A stretch of DNA of 64,000 nucleotides from an uncultured virus (IMG/VR IMGVR_UViG_3300046474_000019) (taxonomy: Duplodnaviria; Heunggongvirae; Uroviricota; Caudoviricetes). The position numbers and the translations under genes are program-made. The stretch lies in IMG/VR virus record IMGVR_UViG_3300046474_000019, one strand, 5' to 3'. The notes beneath the pieces are model-generated. The model saw only the letters and a list, made by a program, of their open reading frames with translations, had not been told where the DNA came from and did not search any database. Below, one piece after another: positions 16,961 through 26,484 of the stretch. Each line of letters opens with the position of its first letter. The first letter of the stretch is position 1.

Positions 16961-16989
16961 GGATGTTACCTAATGGAGGTACTTATCAA

Positions 16990-17496
16990 ATGGCAAGCCT
17001 ACTAAACTACTCCCCAACTGATGTGACCATTACCGTAGCAGGGTTGTACTCCGTTACAGGTTATGCCGAAGGTACGTTCATTCGCATCATCAAGGACACG
17101 CAACAATGTACAACAGTAAGGGCTATGGACGGCACAATGTCCCGTATCAAGAGCCCAGACACCGGCTGGAAAGTTGAGATTACTCTCGCACAATCTTCTA
17201 GCGGTAACGACATTTTCTCTACCCTCTGGAACGTTGATAAAGTTACCGGAATGGGCAAGTTTCCACTGTTCATCAAAGACGGAAGTGGAAGCACAATGTT
17301 TATGGCTGCAACAGCTTGGATTGAAGAGATTCCTGAAATCGTCTTCTCCAATCAAATGGAAGCGCGTACATGGCGTTTCGCAGCTACAGACGTAATCGTA
17401 AACGTTGGTGGTAACGGTGACGATGGCTACCTGTCGTCTATCCTTGGCCTTGGAGCTTCTGTTCTGCCAGCCCTACAAAACTTCCAAATCATTTAA
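16990..17496 (+). CDS. tail tube paralog
   Basis: NYSPTDVTI...LAQSSSGND...IKDGSG matches the tube pattern. Confidence 0.7.
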   Translation: MASLLNYSPTDVTITVAGLYSVTGYAEGTFIRIIKDTQQCTTVRAMDGTMSRIKSPDTGWKVEITLAQSSSGNDIFSTLWNVDKVTGMGKFPLFIKDGSGSTMFMAATAWIEEIPEIVFSNQMEARTWRFAATDVIVNVGGNGDDGYLSSILGLGASVLPALQNFQII

Positions 17497-17505
17497 GGAG
17501 TATAT

Positions 17506-18042
17506 ATGTCTGGTAATGTATTGACGTATGACCCAAGCAGTGTTACTATTAACGTCTGTGGCTGGATTGTTCCGGGTATTGTGAGTATTTCTTTGCAGTG
17601 GAACTCTGCGGTCTTCCACGTCCGCAAGGGTATTCGCGGTGTTCACACTCGCATCTACAACCAAGACAGACAAGCTACACTGGTATTAGAGCTTCTACCT
17701 ACGTCTATTGCAAACGATGTTTTCACAGATATCGTTCTGCAAGACGCTCAGGCCCACGCCGGTTTGCTCGACCCAGTTAGCTTGAAAGACTCTTCTGGTA
17801 CATCCCGCTTCACAACATCCCAAGCTTTCATTAAAACTTTCCCTGAGCTGACCTTCAACGCAGAAGGCATCATCACTCGTAGATGGGAAATCGAAATTCT
17901 ATCGTTCGTAGTTGGTTCTGGTAACGTAGGTGGTAACGCCTCTAACGGTATCGACATTACGGATATTATCTCTGGAGCAATGTCCAGTGCTGAAGGACTT
18001 GTGTCTGACGGACTTGGTGCAATCTCTGGTTACTTTAGTTAA
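17506..18042 (+). CDS. tail tube paralog
   Basis: TYDPSSVTI...LPTSIAND...LKDSSG. Confidence 0.7.
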   Translation: MSGNVLTYDPSSVTINVCGWIVPGIVSISLQWNSAVFHVRKGIRGVHTRIYNQDRQATLVLELLPTSIANDVFTDIVLQDAQAHAGLLDPVSLKDSSGTSRFTTSQAFIKTFPELTFNAEGIITRRWEIEILSFVVGSGNVGGNASNGIDITDIISGAMSSAEGLVSDGLGAISGYFS

Positions 18043-18052
18043 GGAGAAATAA

Positions 18053-18415
18053 ATGGCTATTCAACAAAAAGAAGTATTCATCAACGGCGAAACTTACCTG
18101 CTGACTCAACTGCCGGGTATGACTGGTTTGAAACTTGGTAAGCAACTGATCAAAACTCTTGGTCCTGCTTTCGCTGTTCTGCAAGGTGAAGAGGCTAGCG
18201 TTGCTAAGGCTCTGAACATCTTGTTCGAAAACCTAGATGACAATGCTGAGGCACTGGTCATCGCCCTTGTTACCTCTGCTTCCAAAGGAAGTGTAGCGAT
18301 CAACTTCAACACAGAGTTTGCCGGTGAATACGACAAGCTGTTCCTGTTGGTGAAAGAGATTGTGGAGTTCAACTACGGATCGGTTTTTCAGATGCTAGGT
18401 TCCGGCGTCCTGTAA
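18053..18415 (+). CDS. tail assembly chaperone (gpG-like)
   Basis: Upstream of the tape measure; slippery GGTTTTT near the 3' end. Confidence 0.75.
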   Translation: MAIQQKEVFINGETYLLTQLPGMTGLKLGKQLIKTLGPAFAVLQGEEASVAKALNILFENLDDNAEALVIALVTSASKGSVAINFNTEFAGEYDKLFLLVKEIVEFNYGSVFQMLGSGVL

Positions 18416-18660
18416 ACTCTAACGCGGAGCCACAGACAACTCATCCTCGCTTGAAGAGAGTGGAGGATGGGTACACTCAAGACTGGGAAATCTTCCGTAT
18501 CATTACAAGTGATATCAAAGGACTTCCGAGTTATGTTGAGTTGCAAACTGTCTGCAACGTAGAGGACATTTATAACATCATCGAGATACTTGATGCGAAG
18601 TTTGAAATGGACGAGGTAGCTCGTATCCAACAAGCACAACAAGCTGCCCAGAATAAATAA
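18382..18660 (+). CDS. -1 frameshift extension of the tail chaperone (gpGT-like)
   Basis: G GTT TTT at 18382-18388; the -1 frame is open to 18660. Confidence 0.75.
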   Translation, partial: GFSDARFRRPVNSNAEPQTTHPRLKRVEDGYTQDWEIFRIITSDIKGLPSYVELQTVCNVEDIYNIIEILDAKFEMDEVARIQQAQQAAQNK

Positions 18661-18672
18661 CAGTGAGGCTAT

Positions 18673-21087
18673 ATGTTTCAAGAGGAAATTGCTCGCCTGA
18701 CGGGTAAACTTGTCTTTCAAGTTGACAACCGTCCACTGGCTACATTCGAAAAGAAACTCGGTGGCGTGCTTGGCATGTTGCGAGAGTTGTCGACTCTAGC
18801 CAACAAGAAATTCACAGTGAAGGTTGCTCTTGATAGCAGGTCGCTTCGTGCTCAGATTGATAAGGCCACTAAAACCAAAATCACTCTGAACAATGTTGAT
18901 ATCTCCCAAGAAGCACTTCACACTCAAGGTAAACGAATTCAGGATTACCTGAACAAAACAACCATCAACCTGAACAATATCAGAGTTGATATCGGCAAAC
19001 TGGTAGAACAGAAGCGCTTCATCAAAACCCTGTTGGGCCAGATGGACCTCAAACTACCAGTTCGTCTTGACTTGACACATCTGGAACGTGAACTACGTAC
19101 AGAACTTAACGCTGTTGGTAAGCGTCAGAAGATCACAGTCGAAGCAAACATCAACACAACACAGTTTATCATCAAGCTACGTCGTGCATTGAAACATGCT
19201 CAGAATAGTATTGGTGCGTTGAAGATTCGCATTGCTGATCCTCAAGTGAGATTGAAAGTTGACAAGCAACACCTGATCGATGAAATCAGAGCTGCCATTG
19301 CTTCCCATGAATTCCGTATCCGTATTAATGCCCGTGACCAAGACTTTGGTGGTGGACGTGGGGGCAGTAGTGGCCGTGGCCGTTCTCAGGTTGACCGTGG
19401 CCTAAGTAGTGCAATGGGCTTCGCCAGAGGCGCTCTACCGGGCCTAGGAGCTGCGTTCGCCTTCAGCCAGATGAACCAGATCAACCAACAAGTGCAAGCT
19501 GCTACAAACAGCCTACACGCGGTTTCTGGTGATGAGAAGACATTCAACTCCAACAAAACATTCCTTGAAAATATGTCCAAGGAAATGGGTCTGAACTTCC
19601 GTGACATTGCTCCGCAGTTCTCTTCCATCTTCCAAGCCTCCGCACCTTCTATTGGTGCTGGTGGTACACAGGATATGTTCCGTGGCATCATGAAGTACGG
19701 TACTGTTCACGGACTTGATAAAGAGTCTATGAAGGGTAGTATGAGAGCCTTGTCTCAAATGTTCGGTAAGGATAAAATCCAATCCGAAGAAGCAAGACAA
19801 CAATTCTCTGAACGTATGCCGGGTGGTATGAGACTTCTTGCAGAAGCTGCTAAGAACGCTGGTATTTCTAAGACTGGTAGTGTGGCAGAGTTTGAAGATA
19901 TCATGAAGAAAGGTAAGGGCGATCCTACAAAGATTCTGCCTGAACTTGCCAAGTTGATGGAAAGCCTCGCTGACAAGAATGATGCTTACGCTAAGTCTTT
20001 GCTGACAACACGTGTTGCTCAAGGTCGAATGAACAAAGCCTTTGAAGACACTGTAGTGTTGTTCTCCGAAGGTGGATTTGACCGTGGTATGGCAAGCTTC
20101 TTCAACGCACTAACAGACAGCATGGAAAGAGCTAAGCCTCTAACTGAAGCTCTGGGTGCTGCGTTTGAAATCTTGATTAAGCCAGTTAACGCTTTGATTC
20201 GTTTAATCGGCCACCTTGGTGAGAACTGGGGTAAGATTGCTGACAAACTAGGTATGACAAAGAACCAACTAGCAACTCTTACTGCTGCTATTGGTATCTT
20301 CATGCTTCCATTCGGTGGATTCATTGTTGCTCTTGGTGCTGCTGCTCTTGCACTGGATGACTTCCTGACTTATATGGCAGGTGGTGACAGTGTATTCGGA
20401 GACTTCGTAAAAGAAACTCCGGGTGCTCAAGAGGCAATTGACAATATCAAGAAGTCCTTTGAAGGTATTGTTGGTATGCTTGGACAGTTGCTGGATAAGC
20501 TGGGGCCAGTTGGTGAAGCCTTTAAAGGGTTGACACTTAACGATGTGTTCCTCGCAGCACTCCAACAAGTTGATAACCAACTGCAAAACATCCTCAAGAC
20601 GATGCAAATGATCCAAGCCATCTTCAATGGTGATCTTGGTGCAGCCGATGACGCTGCAAGTGGCATCAACCTGTTGGGTGGTAAGACTACATACCAAAGA
20701 GCTAAGGAATACTTTGGATGGGGTCAAGGCGGTGGTAGCAGTGAAGGCGGTAGTAGTGGTGGTTGGTTTAGTGGGCTTGGCGACAGTATGAGTGGTCTTG
20801 GTGATTGGCTGACTGGCCCTGCTAGTCAAAGACAATCCATCGCTCAGAAGTTGATGGGCAGCAACGATATGCCAACAACATACTCTGGTACTGTGGATCG
20901 CGGTAATACAACAAGCGAGCCTGCTAAGATTGACATGGGTGGATTCACCTTGCAACTCAACATGGAAGGCATCAGTAACCCTAAAGAGTTTGCTGAGAAA
21001 CTACAACCTGAACTACAACCTATGTTCGAAGCGTCTCTGAGAAATGCTCTTGGAGCAGCCAGAGCACAACAAGCAGAGAGGCAATAA
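18673..21087 (+). CDS. tape measure protein
   Basis: 804 aa; ALSQMFGKDKIQSEEARQQFSERMPG tape-measure domain; hydrophobic segment. Confidence 0.9.
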   Translation: MFQEEIARLTGKLVFQVDNRPLATFEKKLGGVLGMLRELSTLANKKFTVKVALDSRSLRAQIDKATKTKITLNNVDISQEALHTQGKRIQDYLNKTTINLNNIRVDIGKLVEQKRFIKTLLGQMDLKLPVRLDLTHLERELRTELNAVGKRQKITVEANINTTQFIIKLRRALKHAQNSIGALKIRIADPQVRLKVDKQHLIDEIRAAIASHEFRIRINARDQDFGGGRGGSSGRGRSQVDRGLSSAMGFARGALPGLGAAFAFSQMNQINQQVQAATNSLHAVSGDEKTFNSNKTFLENMSKEMGLNFRDIAPQFSSIFQASAPSIGAGGTQDMFRGIMKYGTVHGLDKESMKGSMRALSQMFGKDKIQSEEARQQFSERMPGGMRLLAEAAKNAGISKTGSVAEFEDIMKKGKGDPTKILPELAKLMESLADKNDAYAKSLLTTRVAQGRMNKAFEDTVVLFSEGGFDRGMASFFNALTDSMERAKPLTEALGAAFEILIKPVNALIRLIGHLGENWGKIADKLGMTKNQLATLTAAIGIFMLPFGGFIVALGAAALALDDFLTYMAGGDSVFGDFVKETPGAQEAIDNIKKSFEGIVGMLGQLLDKLGPVGEAFKGLTLNDVFLAALQQVDNQLQNILKTMQMIQAIFNGDLGAADDAASGINLLGGKTTYQRAKEYFGWGQGGGSSEGGSSGGWFSGLGDSMSGLGDWLTGPASQRQSIAQKLMGSNDMPTTYSGTVDRGNTTSEPAKIDMGGFTLQLNMEGISNPKEFAEKLQPELQPMFEASLRNALGAARAQQAERQ

Positions 21088-21833
21088 TGGCTATCGTACT
21101 CCGTAGAGCTAACGGAGACATTATCTGGTTTGACGCAATCACACAGTATGATACAACATACTCTGCGTCTGTAACGAAACATCCCGTCTCTTCTGGCGGG
21201 TATGTTTCTGACCACACAACCATTGATAACGTCATCCTGAATATCTCGGGGATTTTCTCTGATGCAGACTTTAATATCTCTCGACAATTGATTGAGGTTA
21301 AGGGTGCTGACGGTAAGGCAATCTCCAAGAACAAACAATACACGAACAACACTCAAACTGTATACCCAGTGTCTATCAATGAAACTTCTAGCATTAACAG
21401 AATTCTGCCAGAGGTTATTGCACAGTTTACTAAAGACTCGATTCCCACTGCTTTCGTAACTCCACAAGAGAAAGCGAAGACAGCACTTGCTGTAAAGTTC
21501 AACCTGATTGATATGTGGCGTACACGTGAAGAGTTCCAAGTGCTGGACATTATCGACAACTCTGTTGTTGAGGAATTCAGTCCCTGTGTCTTCACTAATA
21601 TCACATTTAGAGAAGATGAATCAACTGGTGAAGGTGTGTTCCCGCAGATGACAATTGAGCAAGTGACTTTCACAGACTTGCAAGAAATCAGTGTTAAGGT
21701 GAAGACCTCCAACAAAGGTCGCAAGACTGGCAGCATCACCAAGAAGACTGGTGCTCAGGCTGCACCTGACCATACACCTAAAACATATACTAAAGAATCG
21801 AGCAGTTCGTGGAAGGCTCCCACAGGCGCCTAA
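21087..21833 (+). CDS. baseplate/tail initiator (Dit-like)
   Basis: FDAI...VTKHPVSSGGYVSDH motif. Confidence 0.7.
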   Translation: MAIVLRRANGDIIWFDAITQYDTTYSASVTKHPVSSGGYVSDHTTIDNVILNISGIFSDADFNISRQLIEVKGADGKAISKNKQYTNNTQTVYPVSINETSSINRILPEVIAQFTKDSIPTAFVTPQEKAKTALAVKFNLIDMWRTREEFQVLDIIDNSVVEEFSPCVFTNITFREDESTGEGVFPQMTIEQVTFTDLQEISVKVKTSNKGRKTGSITKKTGAQAAPDHTPKTYTKESSSSWKAPTGA

Positions 21834-21848
21834 CTAAGAGGATAAACA

Positions 21849-22190
21849 ATGACTACTACAGTATCTATTGAAATGCCTCTGTATTCTGATTTGAAGTACC
21901 GCTACGGACTGGCTCTTGAGGGCCAGTCTTTGCAGTTCACATTCTACTGGAATACAAGATGCTCTCAGTGGCACATGGACATGAGGAAAGAAGATCAGAC
22001 GCCAGTATTGCTGGGCTACGCACTGGTTCCTCAATACCCAATGGCAGTTGACTACAACTTGGAAGACATTGGCCTAACTGGCTACTTCCTGTTGCTTCCA
22101 GTCAACGCCACTATCTCCAGCAAAATTACTGAAGAATCCAGCATCATGCCTGAGTTCTTCAATCTCTTTTACGTCTACAATACGGAGTGA
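21849..22190 (+). CDS. baseplate protein
   Basis: FYWNTRCSQWHMD; synteny. Confidence 0.6.
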   Translation: MTTTVSIEMPLYSDLKYRYGLALEGQSLQFTFYWNTRCSQWHMDMRKEDQTPVLLGYALVPQYPMAVDYNLEDIGLTGYFLLLPVNATISSKITEESSIMPEFFNLFYVYNTE

Positions 22191-22193
22191 TAT

Positions 22194-23117
22194 ATGGCAC
22201 AGAAGGATAGAGTATTCTCCTTGAAAATTGGAGATTACCAAACAGGTAATGGCCTGTTGATTGAACACCCTCTTAGGGATGGTGACGGCAATCTTTATGA
22301 CAACGTTTGGCAAATCACTTTCGATGTTTCCAAGAGTGCTGACAACAAACGTAACAACGGCAACTCGGCTGCAATCGAGATTTACAATCTATCCGACTCC
22401 CAGATTCAACTCCTTGAGAGCGACTACCTTGAGGTAGAGTTCTCTGTTGGTTATAGAGATTCCGGTGCTCACACAATTGTTGTGGGCAACGTGACTGAAA
22501 CTTCTACAGTGAAGAGTGGTAACGACTACATCACACAACTGAGGATCGGAGAAGGATATACAGCACTCAACCATGAACAACTTTCTAAGATGGTGAGCCC
22601 CGGTAAGACAGTGGGTGATGTGCTTGAAGAGATTCGTGAACAGATGCCGGGTGTTAGTCGTGGTGCTTACACTGGAACAAACCTGAATAACCCAATCGTA
22701 TTCGGCTGGCGTTTGAAAGGAAGCCCACGTGAAATGCTGATGAAGCTTTGCGAGGCAAACAACCTAGAATACAACATCAATGCTGGTGTACTGAACGTCT
22801 CGGAAGAGAACGGACTTCTGACTAAGGATACACAACTAGCCCCTGTTCTGAATGAACACACAGGATTGATTGACCTTCCATTCTATACGTCTGAAACAGG
22901 GCGTAAGCCTAAGAAGGATAAGAAGCGTCGTCGTGGCGTACAGTTTAGAGCATTGCTGAACACTGACATTGTTCCCGGTAAAATCGTGAAGCTTGAGTCT
23001 AAATGGATCACTGGATTTTATCGTGTGAACACTGCCCGATTCTCTGGAGACTTCCGTGGGAACGACTGGTATGTCGAGTGCTTCTGTTCTGAAATTCAAG
23101 CGGAGGACTTGGTATGA
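22194..23117 (+). CDS. baseplate hub protein
   Basis: IEIYNLS, TGLIDLP, GDFRGNDWY; synteny. Confidence 0.7.
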   Translation: MAQKDRVFSLKIGDYQTGNGLLIEHPLRDGDGNLYDNVWQITFDVSKSADNKRNNGNSAAIEIYNLSDSQIQLLESDYLEVEFSVGYRDSGAHTIVVGNVTETSTVKSGNDYITQLRIGEGYTALNHEQLSKMVSPGKTVGDVLEEIREQMPGVSRGAYTGTNLNNPIVFGWRLKGSPREMLMKLCEANNLEYNINAGVLNVSEENGLLTKDTQLAPVLNEHTGLIDLPFYTSETGRKPKKDKKRRRGVQFRALLNTDIVPGKIVKLESKWITGFYRVNTARFSGDFRGNDWYVECFCSEIQAEDLV

Positions 23118-23893
23118 TTTTTGAAGATTTGATGGACATTATCCGAACACAACACAAGATTGACATGGCAGATATCCATACAGCCATTCCTTGTAAAGTG
23201 GTTAATGTCTATAGCAACAACCAACAACAGAAGGTGGATGTTCTTCCTTCGATTGACAACCTGATGAAAGATGGCTCTGGTGAACCGGGTATGCAAATCC
23301 TTGGTGTCCCAATTATCTTTCCGGGTAGTTCTGCAACACTGATCAGCTTCCCAATTAATCCGGGTGACACTGTAATGTGTATCTTCTCCCAACGATCTAT
23401 GGACAACTTCAAGATCGGTAACGGAGAGCCCACAACAGCAAACGACTATCGTAAGTTCAGTGACCAAGATGCTGTCGCCATTCCCGGTTTGTTCCCATTC
23501 GGTAAGAGTTTGAATAACCCGCAGACACGTAAGTTTGCACACGACTCCAACCGTGACTTGTGTATCGCCCATAACATTGGCTCTGGCACAGAAGTAAACA
23601 TCATGCTTAAACAGTCCGGTGACATGATCATCAACACTGAAATGGCGGTGACAGTCAACTGCAAGACTGGTGTGATGAATGCCACTGAGTCTTATACAAT
23701 CAATACCCCAACAATGAACATCAACGCTGATACCACAAACTGGGTTGGAGATATTATCCAAAGCGGAAACTACAACCAGACAGGCAACTACACAATGACT
23801 GGCGTTGCAACCTTCAACGGTATCGACTTCGCTACTCACAAACACTTGGGCGTTACTCCGGGGTCTGGTACTTCTGGCATCGCTACAGCGTAA
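23114..23893 (+). CDS. baseplate spike (gp138-like)
   Basis: IHTAIP, FPINPGD...FSQR, DAVAIPG; C-terminal HKH metal-binding tip. Confidence 0.82.
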   Translation: MIFEDLMDIIRTQHKIDMADIHTAIPCKVVNVYSNNQQQKVDVLPSIDNLMKDGSGEPGMQILGVPIIFPGSSATLISFPINPGDTVMCIFSQRSMDNFKIGNGEPTTANDYRKFSDQDAVAIPGLFPFGKSLNNPQTRKFAHDSNRDLCIAHNIGSGTEVNIMLKQSGDMIINTEMAVTVNCKTGVMNATESYTINTPTMNINADTTNWVGDIIQSGNYNQTGNYTMTGVATFNGIDFATHKHLGVTPGSGTSGIATA

Positions 23894-23902
23894 GGAGACA
23901 CA

Positions 23903-24271
23903 ATGGACTTGCTACTTAACACAGACACTGGCGACCTTGTATTCATCAATGGTCAATGTCCAGTTACACAACTACAAGCAGACGTTGTTGCCCAGCGTCT
24001 GCGTATCACGCTTTACACATTCTACGGTGAGTGGTTCTTGGACGATACGATTGGTGTTCCATACATCCAACAAATCTTCACCAAGGTGAGTAAGAAGAGT
24101 ACGGTTGATTTGATCTTCCAAGGAATCATTTCTGCTGATCCGGGTGTTATCGAAATCCTGAGTTTCACTTCTAGCATCAGTCCACAGCGTGGCTACACAA
24201 TGACATTCTCGGTAAGGGTTGCTGACAACACAGAATCCCTGCCAATCACACTTTCTATCGGAGGTTCTTAA
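23903..24271 (+). CDS. baseplate wedge subunit (gp25-like)
   Basis: QRLRITL...GEWFLD...GVPY. Confidence 0.72.
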   Translation: MDLLLNTDTGDLVFINGQCPVTQLQADVVAQRLRITLYTFYGEWFLDDTIGVPYIQQIFTKVSKKSTVDLIFQGIISADPGVIEILSFTSSISPQRGYTMTFSVRVADNTESLPITLSIGGS

Positions 24272-25728
24272 TGGCCGGTCTTTCTCGCCAAGGTCTTGAA
24301 ATCAAAACGCTGGATGACGTTCTGACAGATTACAAGACAACTGCTGCATCCATCTTCTCTGACTTGGTTCCTGCTGGTGACGTTGTTGACGTAACTGACA
24401 ACGGTGCCCTTGGTCGTATGATCGGTGTTATCGCTCCTGCCGAGGCATCCCTCTGGGAGGCGCTACAACAGGTCTTTGACAGCTTCAACCCAACAACTGC
24501 TATCGGCGTGGCACTGGATAACATCATCGCCCTAAGCGGTATTACACGCCTTCCAGCACAAGCAACACGTGCTCAAGTAATCCTTGAAGGTAGTTTGAAC
24601 ACTATCGTAAGCTCCCCGCAAGGTAAAGCCTACAGCTCCAGTACCCAGCGTGTATTCTCCATCCTGAATCCTGTGACACTTAATCTGCTGTCTGCTTCTG
24701 GTGTTGGTGTCTATCCAACTATCGTTGCGGATAGTACAGTGTACAGATTCAGCTACAGCACGGATGGTGTAAACTTCCTTGATGCTGAGTATACATCGCC
24801 AGCGTCTGGAACAACCGCCCAAGTGATTCTTGACGGAGTGCAACAAAAAGTTGAAGATTTGTTCTCTGCCACCTTTACAACTTACCAAAGTGATGGTAGA
24901 CTATACATTACTAGGACTGATCCTTTCCAAGTAGCTGACTTCGATGTGAGTGTGAGCTTGCAGGTACAGAAGGTTAGAAAGCTTGGCATCGTTATTGACG
25001 ATGTGGTTGGACCCTTCCCGCAAGAAGCTCTGGCAATCGACACAATCTCTGTACCCATCGCTGGATGGGATACTGTCATTAACCCTGTGGCTGCGACTAC
25101 AGGACGTTTGACTGAGACAGATGAAGAGCTTCGTGAACGTTTCCGCAACAGCAAATTCTTCCAATCTCAAAACATCGTAGAAGGTATCCTCGACGCTCTA
25201 AGAAACGTCGCAGGCGTTACTGACGTTGTTGTTTATGAGAACGACACTGACGCTGTGGATACTCTCGGTGTTCCGGGTCACAGCTTCTTGCCAATTGTTT
25301 TGGGTGGTCTTCCATCTGACATTGGACAGTCTATCTGGGATAACAAGCCAACAGGTATTCCATCTGTGGGAAATACAACCGTTCAGATTGCTGACAGCCA
25401 AGGATTCCTTCACAACATTTCTTATAAACAACCAGATGAGGTTCCAATCTACATTACGATGGAGATTGAAGACCTTGGTGGGATGCCGGGTGACGCGCCA
25501 GCTCAGATCAAACAGAATCTGGTCAACTACTCGGATGCAACTTTGTTCATTGGAACTGACGTAGTTTACTCTCGTCTCTACACGCCAATCAACAGTGTTG
25601 GTGGTTTCGCTGTAAACTCTTTGTTCATTGGAACAGCACCAAGCCCAACAGGGACAACCAACATCACAATCGACTTCGATCAGGTTGCTACAATCTCTGC
25701 TGAAAACATTATCGTCACACCTGTATAA
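24271..25728 (+). CDS. baseplate J-like wedge protein
   Basis: AIGVALD, GRLTETDEELRER, VYENDT. Confidence 0.88.
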   Translation: MAGLSRQGLEIKTLDDVLTDYKTTAASIFSDLVPAGDVVDVTDNGALGRMIGVIAPAEASLWEALQQVFDSFNPTTAIGVALDNIIALSGITRLPAQATRAQVILEGSLNTIVSSPQGKAYSSSTQRVFSILNPVTLNLLSASGVGVYPTIVADSTVYRFSYSTDGVNFLDAEYTSPASGTTAQVILDGVQQKVEDLFSATFTTYQSDGRLYITRTDPFQVADFDVSVSLQVQKVRKLGIVIDDVVGPFPQEALAIDTISVPIAGWDTVINPVAATTGRLTETDEELRERFRNSKFFQSQNIVEGILDALRNVAGVTDVVVYENDTDAVDTLGVPGHSFLPIVLGGLPSDIGQSIWDNKPTGIPSVGNTTVQIADSQGFLHNISYKQPDEVPIYITMEIEDLGGMPGDAPAQIKQNLVNYSDATLFIGTDVVYSRLYTPINSVGGFAVNSLFIGTAPSPTGTTNITIDFDQVATISAENIIVTPV

Positions 25729-25739
25729 TCGGAGGATTT

Positions 25740-26474
25740 GTGTCTGAACTCAATCCCTTTGTTGAAGAAGAGTTCCTGAATGTGGCACGTTCGCGTGTCA
25801 CAGAACAGTTCAAGAACAAACGAATTTATGACAAATATCTGCAACTCCTGCTCTCGGGTAAAGTTGAGTTGCAAGAAATCATTAGAGACACTATGCAGCT
25901 TCGTTCTTTGGATACTGCTGTTGGTGCTCAACTTGACGTTATCGGAGATATTGTAGGGCGCCCTCGCGGTCTTGTAACCTCTGATATCTTCTACTACTTC
26001 GGATTTGAAGGGGCACCACAGGGTGAATCCTTCTCTTCCACAACTGACCCTACCGTTGGTGGGCAGTGGTACTCTCTCGACGCTCCAGTTGGTATTAGCC
26101 GACCACCAAGTGACGAAGAATACAGATTGATCCTCAAAGCGAAGATCATCAAGAACCGAACACTCGCAAGACCAGAAGACGTTATTGCCGCTTACAAGTT
26201 TTTGTTCGGTGCTTCCCAAGTTACGATTGAAGAGTTGGCTCCAGCCGAAGTGCGTATTGGTATTGGTAAAATCCTAACCAACGTAGAACGCGGGCTACTG
26301 TTCGACCTTGGTGGTGCTGGTCAGTTACTCCCAAAGCCAGTCGGCGTATCTTATGTGTACTCTGAGTTCCAAGCAGGAAGGGTATTCGCCACTGATGGAT
26401 TTCCCGGTGCCGTTGGTACTGGTGATTTGAATGATCCATCTCAAGGTGGATTCCTCTCTAACCTAATTACATAA
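25740..26474 (+). CDS. baseplate wedge protein (DUF2612-like)
   Basis: LDTAVGAQLDVIGDIVG, DEEYRLILKAKI, LPKPVGV. Confidence 0.8.
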   Translation: MSELNPFVEEEFLNVARSRVTEQFKNKRIYDKYLQLLLSGKVELQEIIRDTMQLRSLDTAVGAQLDVIGDIVGRPRGLVTSDIFYYFGFEGAPQGESFSSTTDPTVGGQWYSLDAPVGISRPPSDEEYRLILKAKIIKNRTLARPEDVIAAYKFLFGASQVTIEELAPAEVRIGIGKILTNVERGLLFDLGGAGQLLPKPVGVSYVYSEFQAGRVFATDGFPGAVGTGDLNDPSQGGFLSNLIT

Positions 26475-26484
26475 AGGAATTAAT

